This document shows positions 1 to 10,178 of a DNA stretch of 58,583 nt, in pieces; the stretch's first letter is position 1; the number at the start of each line of letters is the position of its first letter. The notes under the pieces are model-generated. The model searched no databases and had not been told where the DNA came from. It saw only the letters and a program-made list of their open reading frames with translations. Origin of the DNA: an uncultured virus (IMG/VR IMGVR_UViG_3300033149_005651) (Duplodnaviria; Heunggongvirae; Uroviricota; Caudoviricetes); IMG/VR virus record IMGVR_UViG_3300033149_005651; one strand, written 5' to 3'. The translations under genes were made by a program, and so were the position numbers.

Positions 1-3000
1 TCCATTGATAACACCTGGACTCATACAACCGACACTTTGCTTCAAGCGATTGATAACCCTAAGACTCATACTACCGATGCTCTGCTTCAAAGCAGTGAAG
101 AGGCATATCACCTAACAAATGCTCTCTTACAATCCACCAACAATACTTGGACTCATACAACTGACGCTTTATTATTCGCTGAAGAGACAGAGGACCATAC
201 GACAGATGCGTTACTCCAAGCGGTCGATAACTCTAAGATTCACACCACCGATGCTTTGCTTCAAGGCGGTGGTGGAATATATCATCTAACAAATGCGTTG
301 CTACAAGCGATTGATAATACTAGGGCTCACACAACAGATGCATTATTACAATCCATCGATAATTCTGAAGATCATACAACAGATGCGTTATTATTCGCTG
401 AAGAATCAGAAGATCATACGACTGACGCATTACTGCAAGCAATTAATAATGCTAAGAGCCACACTACCGATGCTTTATTATTCGCTGAAGAATCAAAGAC
501 TCATACAACTGATGCGTTACTTCAAGCAATTGATAACACCTGGGCTCATACAACAGATGCATTACTCCAATCCATTAATAATACTAAGACTCATACTACC
601 GATGCTTTGCTTCAAGGTAGCGGTGGGATATACCACCTAACAAACGCTCTTCTACAATCCGTCAATAATGATAAGAGTCATACGACAGATGCTCTATTAT
701 TCGCTGAAGAGACAAAGAATCACACCACCGATGCATTACTCAAAGCAATTGATAATACTAGGATCCACACCACCGATGCTTTACTTCAAGGCGGTGGTGG
801 GATATATCATTTAACAAACGCTCTCTTACAAACGGTTGATAATGCTAAGACCCACACTACCGATGCTTTATTACAAGCGGTTAATAATGCTAAGAGCCAT
901 ACAACAGATGCATTATTATTCGCTGAAGAAACAGAGAATCATACGACTGACGCATTACTGCAAGCAATTAATAACACCTGGACTCACACAACTGACGCTC
1001 TCTTACAATCCATCGACAATGATAAGAGTCATACAACCGATGCGTTATTATTCGCCGAAGAAACAGAGAATCATACGACTGACGCATTACTGCAAGCAAT
1101 TAATAATGCTAAGAGCCACACTACCGATGCTTTATTATTCGCTGAAGAGACAGAGGATCATACAACAGATGCGTTACTACAAGCTGTCGATAATGCTAGG
1201 AATTATACGACAGATGCGTTATTATTCGCTGAAGAATCGGAGAACCATACAACAGACGCTTTGTTACAAGCGGTCGATAATGCTAAGACTCACACAACAG
1301 ATGCTCTGCTTCAAGGTAGCGGTGGAATACATCACCTAACAAATGCTCTCCTACAAGCCGTCAATAATTCTGAAGATCATACAACTGATGCATTATTATT
1401 CGCCGAAGAGACAAAAAATCACACAACTGATGCATTATTATTCGCCGAAGAATCAGAAGATCACACAACTGATGCTTTGCTTCAAAGTAGTGAAGAGATA
1501 TATCACCTAACAAATGCATTACTGCAAACAGTTGATAATGATAAGAGCCACACAACAGACGCATTATTATTCGCTGAAGAGACAGAAGATCACACTACCG
1601 ACGCACTGCTCCAAGCAGTCGATAACTCTAAGATCCATACAACCGATGCTTTGCTTCAGGGCGGTAGTGGGATATACCACCTAACAAATGCGTTATTACA
1701 ATCCATCGATAACACTAAGATTCACACTACTGACGCTCTCTTACAAGCTGTCGATAATACTAAGACTCATACAACAGATGCTTTATTATTCGCTGAAGAA
1801 TCAAAGACTCATACGACTGACGCATTACTCCAATCCATTGATAATACTAAGACTCATACAACCGATGCTTTATTATTCGCTGAAGAGACAAAGACTCACA
1901 CCACTGATGCATTACTCCAATCCATTGATAATACTAAGAGTCATACAACCGATGCTTTGCTTCGGAGCAGTGAAGAGATATACCACTTAACAAATGCTCT
2001 CTTACAATCTGTTGATAATACTTGGGCTCACACAACCGATGCTTTATTATTCGCTGAAGAGTCAGAGAATCATGCCACCGATGCTCTATTACAGGCGACT
2101 AATAATGCTAGGGTTCACACTACTGACGCGTTACTTCAGGGCGGTAGAGGGATATATCACCTAACAAACGCTCTCCTACAATCCGTCGATAACTCTAGAA
2201 TTCATACTACCGATGCTTTACTCCAAGCAATTAATAATACTAAGACTCACACTACCGATGCTTTATTATTCGCTGAAGAGACAGAGGATCACACAACCGA
2301 TGCTCTATTACAATCCGTCGATAATACTAGGGATCACACCACCGATGCTTTGCTCCAAGCGATCGATAATTCTAGGACTCACGCTACCGATGCGTTGCTC
2401 CAAGGCAGTGAAGGGATATACCACCTAACAAACGCTCTTTTACAATCCATCGACAATTCTGAAGATCATACAACCGATGCTTTATTATTCGCCGAAGAGT
2501 CAGAAGATCATACAACCGACGCATTACTCCAAGCAATTAATAATTCTAGAACTCATACGACTGACGCTTTGCTTCAGGGTGGCGGAGGGATATACCACCT
2601 AACAAATGCATTACTACAAGCGATCGATAATTCTAAGAATCATACTACTGATGCTCTATTACAAGCGGTCGATAATGCTAAGACTCACACAACTGATTCT
2701 TTGTTATTCGCCGAGGAATCTAAGGATCATACTACTGACGCATTACTCCAAGCAATTAATAATTCTAGAACTCATACGACTGACGCTTTACTATTCGCTG
2801 AAGAATCAGAAAATCACACAACTAACGCTCTATTATTCTCCGAAGAATCAGAAGATCATACAACTGATGCTTTGCTATTTGCTGAAGAATCAGAAAATCA
2901 CACAACTGACGCTTTGCTTCAGGGTGGCGGTGGGATATACCACCTAACAAATGCATTACTACAAGCTGAAGAATCAAAGGATCATACTACCGACGCGTTA

Positions 3001-3990
3001 CTCCAAGCGATCGATAATGCTAAGACTCACACAACTGATTCTTTGTTATTCGCCGAGGAATCTAAGGATCATACTACTGACGCATTATTACAGGCGGTCG
3101 ATAATTCTAGAACTCATACGACTGACGCTTTACTATTCGCTGAAGAATCAGAAGACCACACAACTGATGCTTTATTATTCGCTGAAGAATCTGAGGATCA
3201 TACTACTGATGCTCTATTACAAGCGGTCGATAATGCTAAGGATCATACAACTGATGCTCTATTGTTCGCTAAAGAATCGGAGGATCATACAACTGACGCA
3301 TTATTACAAGCTGAGGAATCGGAGGATCATACAACTGATGCGCTATTATTTGCTGAAGAGTCAGAGGATCATACAACAGATGCGTTACTTCAGGGCGGTA
3401 GTGGGATATACCATCTAACAAATGCTCTCTTACAATCGGCTGATATTGCTAAGGATCATACGACAGATGCTTTATTGTTCGCTGAGGAATCAAAGGATCA
3501 TACGACTGATGCGTTACTACAAGCTGAAGAATCAGAGGACCATACAACAAATGCGTTACTGCAAGCGGTCGATAATACTAGGAATTATACGACCGATGCT
3601 TTATTATTGGCTGAAGTTAGTATTGAGCATTCGACTGATGCTTTATTATTGGCTGAAAGGTCTGATGAACATTCGACGGACGCTTTATTACAGAAGACAT
3701 TCGCGAAGGATCATACAACAGATGCTAAATTATTTGGTGTTGATACTGCTGTTCACACTACAGATGCTTTATTATTAGCCGAAGAATCTTTAGCACATAC
3801 AACCGATGCTAAATTATTCATCGAGGGATCAGAGGACCATACAACAGATGCTAAATTATTTGGATTAGAGGAACATTGGCATACAACAGATGCTTTATTG
3901 CAGTTTGTTAATAATTTAACGGATCATACAACAGATGCTAAATTACTCTTTACTGGGTCGAAGGATCATACAACTGATGCTCGTTTGGTT
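1..3990 (+). repeat. Coding tandem repeat array (42-45 bp units)
   Basis: The core cay-acn-acn-gay-gcn-ytn-ytn recurs with synonymous third-position variation. Three main unit types: QAIDNxKxHTTDALL, FAEESEDHTTDALL, QGGGGIYHLTNALL. Confidence 0.95.
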
Positions 3991-4968
3991 AATTTTTATA
4001 GTGGTTCTGGGACATTAATCTTTTCTGAATTTGAATTAAGTGGGTCTGGATTATTCGAAAACCCAAGTGGTGGTGTTTTAGAATTCTCTGAGTTTGAGCT
4101 TGATGGTCTTGGTACTTTTATTCCGTTTTATAGGCCAACAAAGGATTATTTTGAGCTACCCGATTTCCGAATTATTGGTGTCGGAGTATTTGAAATTCCT
4201 TTTCCTTTCTATCCTGATGAAATCGAAAAAGAAATTTTCGAAATTAATAGGAGACAGCTTGAACTCAAATCCAAATGGGGTATCGATGGTGGTTTTGGAT
4301 GTGATAAACCACAAAAACCATATCGATGCATTGTTTATAGCGATAAATTATTCCTTGGCGAACTCGACCCGATCAATGAAAATCGCCCTGAATTACTTTC
4401 TTCAAAGACTAGCACACAGGCCCAATCACAATATGATATAATCGCTGCGGATGGTCCAGATGACTTGGCGAAAGAAAAAGCTGAAGCAAGACAATTGGCG
4501 AGGATTGGGGACCCACGTCATGAATCAATCGAAGAAGAAGAAAGAATCGCTGAACTGCCACGATTCTTGACAAATTTCCATGTTAGCATGATAATCCTAA
4601 GACCACAATCTAAACCTGGTACGATTAAAAAACTCGCTATAAAAGAAGAAAAACAGGAATCACACGTAGAACCGGCAAAACCAAAAGCATCGCGAAAAAC
4701 GAAAGAAACTAGACCTAATATTCCACCAACACGAATAAGGTCTTCCTTCCACAGATCGATACCAAGGACCAAAAGACAGAGAAAATCTGGAAGAGTACGT
4801 GAAATAGGAGGTAAAATAAATCCAAAACCCGCCGATATAGAATTTATCAGCCCAAGTTCTGCTAAACTTCAACATACGGCAGTAGCAGAACCAGATGCTC
4901 CGGCAGGATTACCCTATTATCTTAATGATTTACAATCAGGATTGAGAGGCAGGAAGAGACGAAGTTAA
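1..4968 (+). CDS. Giant HTTDALL-repeat protein, probable virion fibre/structural protein; 5'-truncated by the window edge
   Basis: The frame is open from base 1, so the TTG at 37 is not the real start. Roughly 90 tandem 14-15 aa units end in H-T-T-D-A-L-L or H-L-T-N-A-L-L. These are followed by a WGIDGGFGCDKPQKPYRC...GELDPIN..RPE domain and a basic tail. Confidence 0.7.
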   Translation, partial: SIDNTWTHTTDTLLQAIDNPKTHTTDALLQSSEEAYHLTNALLQSTNNTWTHTTDALLFAEETEDHTTDALLQAVDNSKIHTTDALLQGGGGIYHLTNALLQAIDNTRAHTTDALLQSIDNSEDHTTDALLFAEESEDHTTDALLQAINNAKSHTTDALLFAEESKTHTTDALLQAIDNTWAHTTDALLQSINNTKTHTTDALLQGSGGIYHLTNALLQSVNNDKSHTTDALLFAEETKNHTTDALLKAIDNTRIHTTDALLQGGGGIYHLTNALLQTVDNAKTHTTDALLQAVNNAKSHTTDALLFAEETENHTTDALLQAINNTWTHTTDALLQSIDNDKSHTTDALLFAEETENHTTDALLQAINNAKSHTTDALLFAEETEDHTTDALLQAVDNARNYTTDALLFAEESENHTTDALLQAVDNAKTHTTDALLQGSGGIHHLTNALLQAVNNSEDHTTDALLFAEETKNHTTDALLFAEESEDHTTDALLQSSEEIYHLTNALLQTVDNDKSHTTDALLFAEETEDHTTDALLQAVDNSKIHTTDALLQGGSGIYHLTNALLQSIDNTKIHTTDALLQAVDNTKTHTTDALLFAEESKTHTTDALLQSIDNTKTHTTDALLFAEETKTHTTDALLQSIDNTKSHTTDALLRSSEEIYHLTNALLQSVDNTWAHTTDALLFAEESENHATDALLQATNNARVHTTDALLQGGRGIYHLTNALLQSVDNSRIHTTDALLQAINNTKTHTTDALLFAEETEDHTTDALLQSVDNTRDHTTDALLQAIDNSRTHATDALLQGSEGIYHLTNALLQSIDNSEDHTTDALLFAEESEDHTTDALLQAINNSRTHTTDALLQGGGGIYHLTNALLQAIDNSKNHTTDALLQAVDNAKTHTTDSLLFAEESKDHTTDALLQAINNSRTHTTDALLFAEESENHTTNALLFSEESEDHTTDALLFAEESENHTTDALLQGGGGIYHLTNALLQAEESKDHTTDALLQAIDNAKTHTTDSLLFAEESKDHTTDALLQAVDNSRTHTTDALLFAEESEDHTTDALLFAEESEDHTTDALLQAVDNAKDHTTDALLFAKESEDHTTDALLQAEESEDHTTDALLFAEESEDHTTDALLQGGSGIYHLTNALLQSADIAKDHTTDALLFAEESKDHTTDALLQAEESEDHTTNALLQAVDNTRNYTTDALLLAEVSIEHSTDALLLAERSDEHSTDALLQKTFAKDHTTDAKLFGVDTAVHTTDALLLAEESLAHTTDAKLFIEGSEDHTTDAKLFGLEEHWHTTDALLQFVNNLTDHTTDAKLLFTGSKDHTTDARLVNFYSGSGTLIFSEFELSGSGLFENPSGGVLEFSEFELDGLGTFIPFYRPTKDYFELPDFRIIGVGVFEIPFPFYPDEIEKEIFEINRRQLELKSKWGIDGGFGCDKPQKPYRCIVYSDKLFLGELDPINENRPELLSSKTSTQAQSQYDIIAADGPDDLAKEKAEARQLARIGDPRHESIEEEERIAELPRFLTNFHVSMIILRPQSKPGTIKKLAIKEEKQESHVEPAKPKASRKTKETRPNIPPTRIRSSFHRSIPRTKRQRKSGRVREIGGKINPKPADIEFISPSSAKLQHTAVAEPDAPAGLPYYLNDLQSGLRGRKRRS

Positions 4969-5274
4969 CATTTTATATGCTTGAGCAACTACTCCTACAT
5001 GTGCCCATCGGGCCGCGAGCCTCTCTTTGACCAATAATACTTCTTTTTCCGATATTTCACACTCATCGGATTGATTAATTTTTGCGGCTAATTCCCATAA
5101 TATAATACAATCTTCATTTGAAAGTGGTTTTGAAGTCCTCATACATGTTTCACAATTACCATTATGAATCATTACGGCCTGTATACAAACTTCTTTAAGA
5201 GTAAGGGTAGCATTTTCAAATTGAATTGGTTCACCATTTAACATTAATATTTCTTGTGCTAAATCAATTTTCAT
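4936..5274 (-). CDS. Small hypothetical protein, tail-fibre-locus associated type
   Basis: 112 aa ORF with AGGAG RBS at 5281-5285 (minus strand); lies between fibre-like genes. Confidence 0.65.
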   Translation of the reverse strand: MKIDLAQEILMLNGEPIQFENATLTLKEVCIQAVMIHNGNCETCMRTSKPLSNEDCIILWELAAKINQSDECEISEKEVLLVKERLAARWAHVGVVAQAYKMLTSSLPASQS

Positions 5275-5309
5275 TATAGTCTCCTGAAAAATACTATGGA
5301 GGATTTAAA

Positions 5310-6329
5310 ATGGCTGACGAATATCTGCAACAATTGACTGAAAAAGCTACTCTTACTTCAAGTGATTATGTACCTGTTTCCGATGCTGGGGCAAGTCGTC
5401 TCGGTAAAATGCTATTAAACAGATTATTTGTAGCCGAAGGGTTACCTGGTGGTCAGACCGTATATGGTGGCACCTTAGATTCGAATAATTTATCAATTTC
5501 CACCACTTCTGCCAGTACACAGGGATATTTTAATTATAATGCGTCGTGGCATTTGTTCAAGGTTAATGATGCCACTGCTATGACGTTAAATCCTACCGGA
5601 TTAGGAGTAGGAACAACTTCAGCGGCAGGACGTTTAGCAATAGCAGGTGCGTCATCACAAAGTAATTTGGCATCGATATATATGAAGCCCGCTGATGGTG
5701 AACCAGGATCACCCGTGAATGGCTCAATATGGAATGATTCTAACAAAAACTTTGTATTTTATACCTCTGGTGCTAAACACCGCACGGGGGGAGCACTCTG
5801 GACATCAAGTGCTAATAAAAATGTCTTCAGCACAGCGGCAGAAACATCATTATTAACAAGTACCGGAATTGGATCAACAACTTTTCCCACCGATTTCTGG
5901 CAAGCGGGGAAAGTTGTTGAAATAATACTAATCGGTATAGTCACTACTGGTACAAGCCCACCATGGGTAAGAATAAAAGGAAAAGTCGGTGGGACTACTC
6001 GTTTAGATTCAGCAACGATGACATTCCCGAGCGATTTAGGGCAAAGCGCTAATGCTTACGAAGGACAATATGAAATTCGAATGATATTAACATGTCATTC
6101 AACAGGATCATCTGGCCAATTTAGGATATCAGGTATTTGGAAACAAGATGCTCTTTCTGGTTTGGGCATGCTAGCATTAAGTCTTTATGCTAACGGCAGC
6201 ACAGTCTCCCCAACTTTTACCATGGACACTTCGTTAGCATCGGCTCTGGATGTGACAGTACAATTCCAAACAGCATCTATTCTAAACAATTTTGAATGTT
6301 GGTCATCTTCCATTAACGTAATTGGTTAA
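5310..6329 (+). CDS. Putative tail fibre / receptor-binding protein
   Basis: GGAGG RBS; S/T/G-rich; GLGVGTTS motif typical of fibre shafts; beta-rich C-terminal domain. Confidence 0.55.
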   Translation: MADEYLQQLTEKATLTSSDYVPVSDAGASRLGKMLLNRLFVAEGLPGGQTVYGGTLDSNNLSISTTSASTQGYFNYNASWHLFKVNDATAMTLNPTGLGVGTTSAAGRLAIAGASSQSNLASIYMKPADGEPGSPVNGSIWNDSNKNFVFYTSGAKHRTGGALWTSSANKNVFSTAAETSLLTSTGIGSTTFPTDFWQAGKVVEIILIGIVTTGTSPPWVRIKGKVGGTTRLDSATMTFPSDLGQSANAYEGQYEIRMILTCHSTGSSGQFRISGIWKQDALSGLGMLALSLYANGSTVSPTFTMDTSLASALDVTVQFQTASILNNFECWSSSINVIG

Positions 6330-7412
6330 ATGGCATCCTTCGATAAATTACTCTTAGATTCAAGTGGTGACTATTTATCTCTCGATTCATCGAGTGGTGA
6401 TGAATTATTGCTTGAACTTATACCGCTTACACAATTATCGCACACCACCGATGCTCATCTTCAAGGACAAAAAGCTCATACTACAGATATGCTTCTTTAC
6501 GCAGGGGTATGGTATACAACAGATGCTCTTCTCCAATCGAATGACAACACCAAAACTCATCTAACAGATACATTATTACAAAAAGAGGAAGCTCTAAGTC
6601 ATTCAACAGATGCTCTCCTCTATACTGCATCAACAACATATCATACAACAGATGCTTTATTACAAAAAGAAGAAAGTCCAAACCATTCAACAGATGCTAA
6701 AATAGTTTATACGTATGATGTCGGTCACACAACAGACGCTCTCCTTCGTGTTGAACTAACGACATATCACACAACAGATGCATCATTGTCCGGGGTATCA
6801 ATTCATACTACGGATGCGTTGCTCCAGCAATTGGTACAGCTTGGGCATTCAACAGATGCTAGAGTTGTTTATGTGCGAACGATCCTTAGCACTACTGATG
6901 CTAGGCTTTATTATTTATTCACCGCTGGTGGACCATTTGTTTTTAAGAAATTTGGGATAATTGGATTAGCCACATATACTCCACCTATTCCATTTTACCC
7001 GTCTGATAATTTGCCTGATGTTCAGGCTACGAATAGACAGTGGTTACAAAGTAGGGCTTTCTGGGGGATTGATGGTGGTTTTGGATGCGATAAACCGCAT
7101 AAACCATATCGGTGTGTAGTTTATGGAGATAAATTACTCCTCGGCGAACTTGACCCAATTAATGAAGGACGCCCTGAATTACTCTCTTCTTCAGAAACAA
7201 TTCAAAATATTGAGTTTCAAAAGGCGACAGAGGCTAAAGAAAAAGCTGAGAAGAGGAATTTAACAAGACAACAAGATCCATCGTATGTTGAGCCAACATG
7301 CGAAAAACCTTTGCCGGATTACTTACCAGAATATAAAGATATAGATTCATTGGTGAAAGATAGTTTAATGACTCAAGTTGATAAGTTTAGACGGAAGAAG
7401 CGAAGACATTAG
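6330..7412 (+). CDS. Short HTTDALL-repeat protein with the shared WGIDGGF domain
   Basis: About 12 degenerate H(S/T)TDAxL units, then WGIDGGFGCDKPHKPYRC...GELDPINEGRPE; ends RRKKRRH. Confidence 0.75.
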   Translation: MASFDKLLLDSSGDYLSLDSSSGDELLLELIPLTQLSHTTDAHLQGQKAHTTDMLLYAGVWYTTDALLQSNDNTKTHLTDTLLQKEEALSHSTDALLYTASTTYHTTDALLQKEESPNHSTDAKIVYTYDVGHTTDALLRVELTTYHTTDASLSGVSIHTTDALLQQLVQLGHSTDARVVYVRTILSTTDARLYYLFTAGGPFVFKKFGIIGLATYTPPIPFYPSDNLPDVQATNRQWLQSRAFWGIDGGFGCDKPHKPYRCVVYGDKLLLGELDPINEGRPELLSSSETIQNIEFQKATEAKEKAEKRNLTRQQDPSYVEPTCEKPLPDYLPEYKDIDSLVKDSLMTQVDKFRRKKRRH

Positions 7413-7419
7413 GAGAGGC

Positions 7420-7743
7420 ATGATGAGCGGCATTTTTAGTGCAATAAAACCTTTTGACCCAGATACAAAAATTATTTCAACCCATATGTTGGATTCTATT
7501 CTTTTCTTTGCGGTTACTGGACATTATACGAACGATCAGATAAAGACAAAGATTGAATCAGTATTTCGGATTTTATCGGACGATGAATCTAATGATATTC
7601 AGCAAATGCTAATAATTATTGAATCTGGAGCTGATGTTGCGGCTAGGCATGCAAAATTTGAAGCTGTGCGAACATCTATCGATTCATATGATAGTGGGAC
7701 AATAAATGAAACTGAAGCTAGAGAATTTTGGACCACTTTATGA
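7420..7743 (+). CDS. Hypothetical protein
   Basis: AGGAG RBS just upstream of ATG 7420; ATGA overlap with the next gene. Confidence 0.6.
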   Translation: MMSGIFSAIKPFDPDTKIISTHMLDSILFFAVTGHYTNDQIKTKIESVFRILSDDESNDIQQMLIIIESGADVAARHAKFEAVRTSIDSYDSGTINETEAREFWTTL

Positions 7744-8231
7744 TTACATTCCCAAAATTCGGGGTAAGCGGACAAGGAACGCTGAGGACATTACCTCCGT
7801 TTGATGCGTCTCAAACTGTTCCCCCAATAAATGCGAACAACAGAAAGCAATTAATTACCCGGCTTTTATGGGGGATTGATGGTGGGTTTGAGTGCAACAA
7901 ACCACAAAAACCATACAAATGTATAGTTCCTGGCGAACTCGACCCGATTAACAAGGAACGCCCGGAAACACAGTCGTCTGAAACTCAAGCGGTTTCTGTG
8001 GCACAAAACACCATTGAACCACAGAATCAAGAAGAAGCTAAAGAAAAGGCCAAGAAAAGGGATATACTCAGAAAACAAGACCCTTCATATATTGAACCAG
8101 CTTACGAAGAGGTAATCCCAAATATATCACACAGACGTTTACCTAGACGTATGCGGGAGAAAAACCCATTAGTCAAGGATAGTCTGATCACTCAAGTAGA
8201 TAAATTCAAACGCCGAAAAAGGAAACACTAA
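7740..8231 (+). CDS. Stand-alone WGIDGGF-domain protein (no repeats)
   Basis: WGIDGGFECNKPQKPYKC...GELDPINKERPE plus a LVKDSLITQVDKFKRRKRKH tail shared with 6330..7412. Confidence 0.75.
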   Translation: MITFPKFGVSGQGTLRTLPPFDASQTVPPINANNRKQLITRLLWGIDGGFECNKPQKPYKCIVPGELDPINKERPETQSSETQAVSVAQNTIEPQNQEEAKEKAKKRDILRKQDPSYIEPAYEEVIPNISHRRLPRRMREKNPLVKDSLITQVDKFKRRKRKH

Positions 8232-8647
8232 TGACTGTCAATATTTCAACGCAAGCACGAAACGATGCTGGTGACTCCATCGTAGATCTCATCGACATAG
8301 GAAGTACCAACGCAAACGGCGTGTTAGAAATAAGAACAGGTGCTATACCAGCAAGCCCACAAGCAGTAGTATCAGGCACACTCCTCGCTACTCTTAATTT
8401 CTCAAATCCAGCATTTGGCAATTTTAGCAACGGCAGTGCGTTTGCTAATCCTATCGCCGACGATAGTGATATCGATGCGACAGGAATTGCTAATTGGTTC
8501 CGGATTTATGACAGAGATGGCACCGCTATTATCGATGGAGAAATTACTGTTACTGGTGGCGGTGGAGATATTGAATTTGACAATATCGATTTTGTCAAGG
8601 GCGGAACTGTTGCTATTTCCCAATTACAAGGTGTGATGCCACAATGA
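8231..8647 (+). CDS. Putative virion structural protein
   Basis: ARN...LEIRTG..PASP...GTLLATL.F..PAFG...GIANWFRIYD pattern, recalled from small beta-rich phage tail-region proteins. Confidence 0.6.
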   Translation: MTVNISTQARNDAGDSIVDLIDIGSTNANGVLEIRTGAIPASPQAVVSGTLLATLNFSNPAFGNFSNGSAFANPIADDSDIDATGIANWFRIYDRDGTAIIDGEITVTGGGGDIEFDNIDFVKGGTVAISQLQGVMPQ

Positions 8648-8841
8648 CGAAATCATTTCCGAAGCTTGGCGTAAAGGGCAAAGGCCAATTCATAAAACCC
8701 CCTTCAAAACCACTTGACAAGTCCTGTCAGCTTGGAGATATAGTCAAGTGGGGTGATAATATCGGTGAATTAAAAGAATGGGAAGGTAACAAAGCTTTTA
8801 TCAAAGTACCCAATGGCCTATCTGTGGTAGAAGTGAGCTAA
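8644..8841 (+). CDS. Small hypothetical protein, SH3/KOW-like C-terminus
   Basis: ATGA overlap; the N-terminus FPKLGVKGKG matches FPKFGVSGQG of 7740..8231. Confidence 0.55.
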   Translation: MTKSFPKLGVKGKGQFIKPPSKPLDKSCQLGDIVKWGDNIGELKEWEGNKAFIKVPNGLSVVEVS

Positions 8842-8918
8842 TTCCCCATAATCATACAAACGATGACCACGATGATACCATAACCTATCCATTCTAATAT
8901 TTCCGTTACGTTATGCAT
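8838..8918 (-). CDS. Putative 26-aa membrane peptide (not in the ORF track)
   Basis: Reads MHNVTEILEWIGYGIIVVIVCMIMGN*; fills the gap downstream of 8930..9349. Confidence 0.35.
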   Translation of the reverse strand: MHNVTEILEWIGYGIIVVIVCMIMGN

Positions 8919-8929
8919 ATTGTATCCAT

Positions 8930-9349
8930 TTATTCTTGATTGTTCCGTAATGCGAGCAAAGCAAAGTATAGCTTCTTTGCTGCTTCCGACGAATCGCAAA
9001 TCAATTGTACTTTGTTATTCGTTGTGACTTGCGAAAATTTTACAGCATCAACAGCAGTTACCCCCTCTTTAAGTTTCTTTACCAATTCCGGCACTTTTAA
9101 AGCCAGCACATCCTCCATCACGGTCCCATCATCTGCAGTTTTAGCCTCATCGCCAAACAACTCTCCAATCTCATGGACAATATCCCGATAGAACTCTTCG
9201 TTACGAATGTGTCTAGCTGCTGCGTCCATCCATGACGCGATGCTTTGAGCTACTGATTCAATAAGTGCAGGATCAGTCTTTTGTTTACAACACTGTGTTG
9301 CTAATATCCGAGCGTCTTCCATGAAATCGTTAGTCATATCGTTAGTCAT
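8930..9349 (-). CDS. Hypothetical phage protein
   Basis: Likely start MTNDMTND, overlapping the upstream stop codon. Confidence 0.6.
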   Translation of the reverse strand: MTNDMTNDFMEDARILATQCCKQKTDPALIESVAQSIASWMDAAARHIRNEEFYRDIVHEIGELFGDEAKTADDGTVMEDVLALKVPELVKKLKEGVTAVDAVKFSQVTTNNKVQLICDSSEAAKKLYFALLALRNNQE

Positions 9350-9650
9350 AATCTTTAACCAATTGGTGAAATAGTGGGTCGTCCATGGTCCAGTTGTGCT
9401 CCATTGTGAACAAATACAGATCGTCAGGATCATAGCTAAATGCGATCATCTGACCTTTTGTGCTTTGCAACCCAAAGGCTACAGTGCCTTTGAGAGGTCC
9501 TTCTGAGGTTTCGATACCTTTATTACATTTGGTGAGTGTTACGGTAGATCCGGGTGGTGTCCTTGCTATTCCGCGTTTGAGGTAGTGGAAATTGGTTTTT
9601 TCATTGACCCATATTTTTTCGTTGATGGATTTACGTTTTGTGATACACAT
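9342..9650 (-). CDS. Hypothetical protein
   Basis: 102 aa ORF coupled to the downstream gene. Confidence 0.5.
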   Translation of the reverse strand: MCITKRKSINEKIWVNEKTNFHYLKRGIARTPPGSTVTLTKCNKGIETSEGPLKGTVAFGLQSTKGQMIAFSYDPDDLYLFTMEHNWTMDDPLFHQLVKDYD

Positions 9651-9778
9651 ATTAAATTCTTAAGTTTAGAGTTTAGTTCAGCTTCTTTGAGAATTCTATG
9701 GATTCGTAGGTGATGCTCTATAGACATTCTTTTGGCCATTTAACCACCGGAGATCCTGTTACAAAATGAATTTTACTG

Positions 9779-10030
9779 TTAATTCAGAGTCCAGATATTA
9801 TGTCCGGTGGCTCTTTTCACATCAGATTCCGAAAATACACGACCAACACGGTCACCTTTTATAAGATAATAATTCAAAGGTATTAAGGTACCATTATCCC
9901 TAATTTCCACTTTATTGCCGAGTCCAGAAATTTTACTCGTCACATGACTACCATCATGAAATTCAATTGTAATTATATTACCGAGCTTAGCAGCGTGGGA
10001 TAGAATATCTTCCGATTTTTGATCTAGCAT
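9779..10030 (-). CDS. Hypothetical protein
   Basis: 83 aa ORF. Confidence 0.5.
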   Translation of the reverse strand: MLDQKSEDILSHAAKLGNIITIEFHDGSHVTSKISGLGNKVEIRDNGTLIPLNYYLIKGDRVGRVFSESDVKRATGHNIWTLN

Positions 10031-10155
10031 AATTTTATATTACAAACCGATTAATGTTGTTAAGGAGGTCAAACGCGAACCAAAAGTTTCCTCAGAGCCG
10101 ACGATCGTACTCGTTCGTTTGATGCCATGACAGAACAACACTATCCGTAATACAT

Positions 10156-10178
10156 ACGATTTCCTATTAGGAAATCGT
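10156..10178. terminator. Perfect 10-bp inverted repeat (terminator or operator)
   Basis: ACGATTTCCT-att-AGGAAATCGT, just downstream of the 10188..10682 stop. Confidence 0.5.

Noticed and set aside
293..3778. Alternative-frame ORFs (MLYYSLK...) over the repeat
   Set aside because: Shadow frames of the HTTDALL repeat, fragmented by stop codons.
1..3990. CRISPR-like array
   Set aside because: The repeats vary at synonymous positions, the spacers recur, and the whole array is one open frame; it is a coding repeat.
4276..7970. DGR template/variable repeat pair among the three WGIDGGF copies
   Set aside because: Differences are mostly synonymous and not adenine-specific, all copies are coding, and no reverse transcriptase is in the window.
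4940..8231. Polybasic C-termini as eukaryotic nuclear localisation signals (giant eukaryotic virus)
   Set aside because: SD sequences, overlapping start/stop codons, ClpS, Rrf2 and a sigma-like gene indicate a bacteriophage.
9326..9349. 12-bp tandem duplication at a gene junction (MTNDMTND)
   Set aside because: A simple in-frame slippage duplication with no evident consequence.
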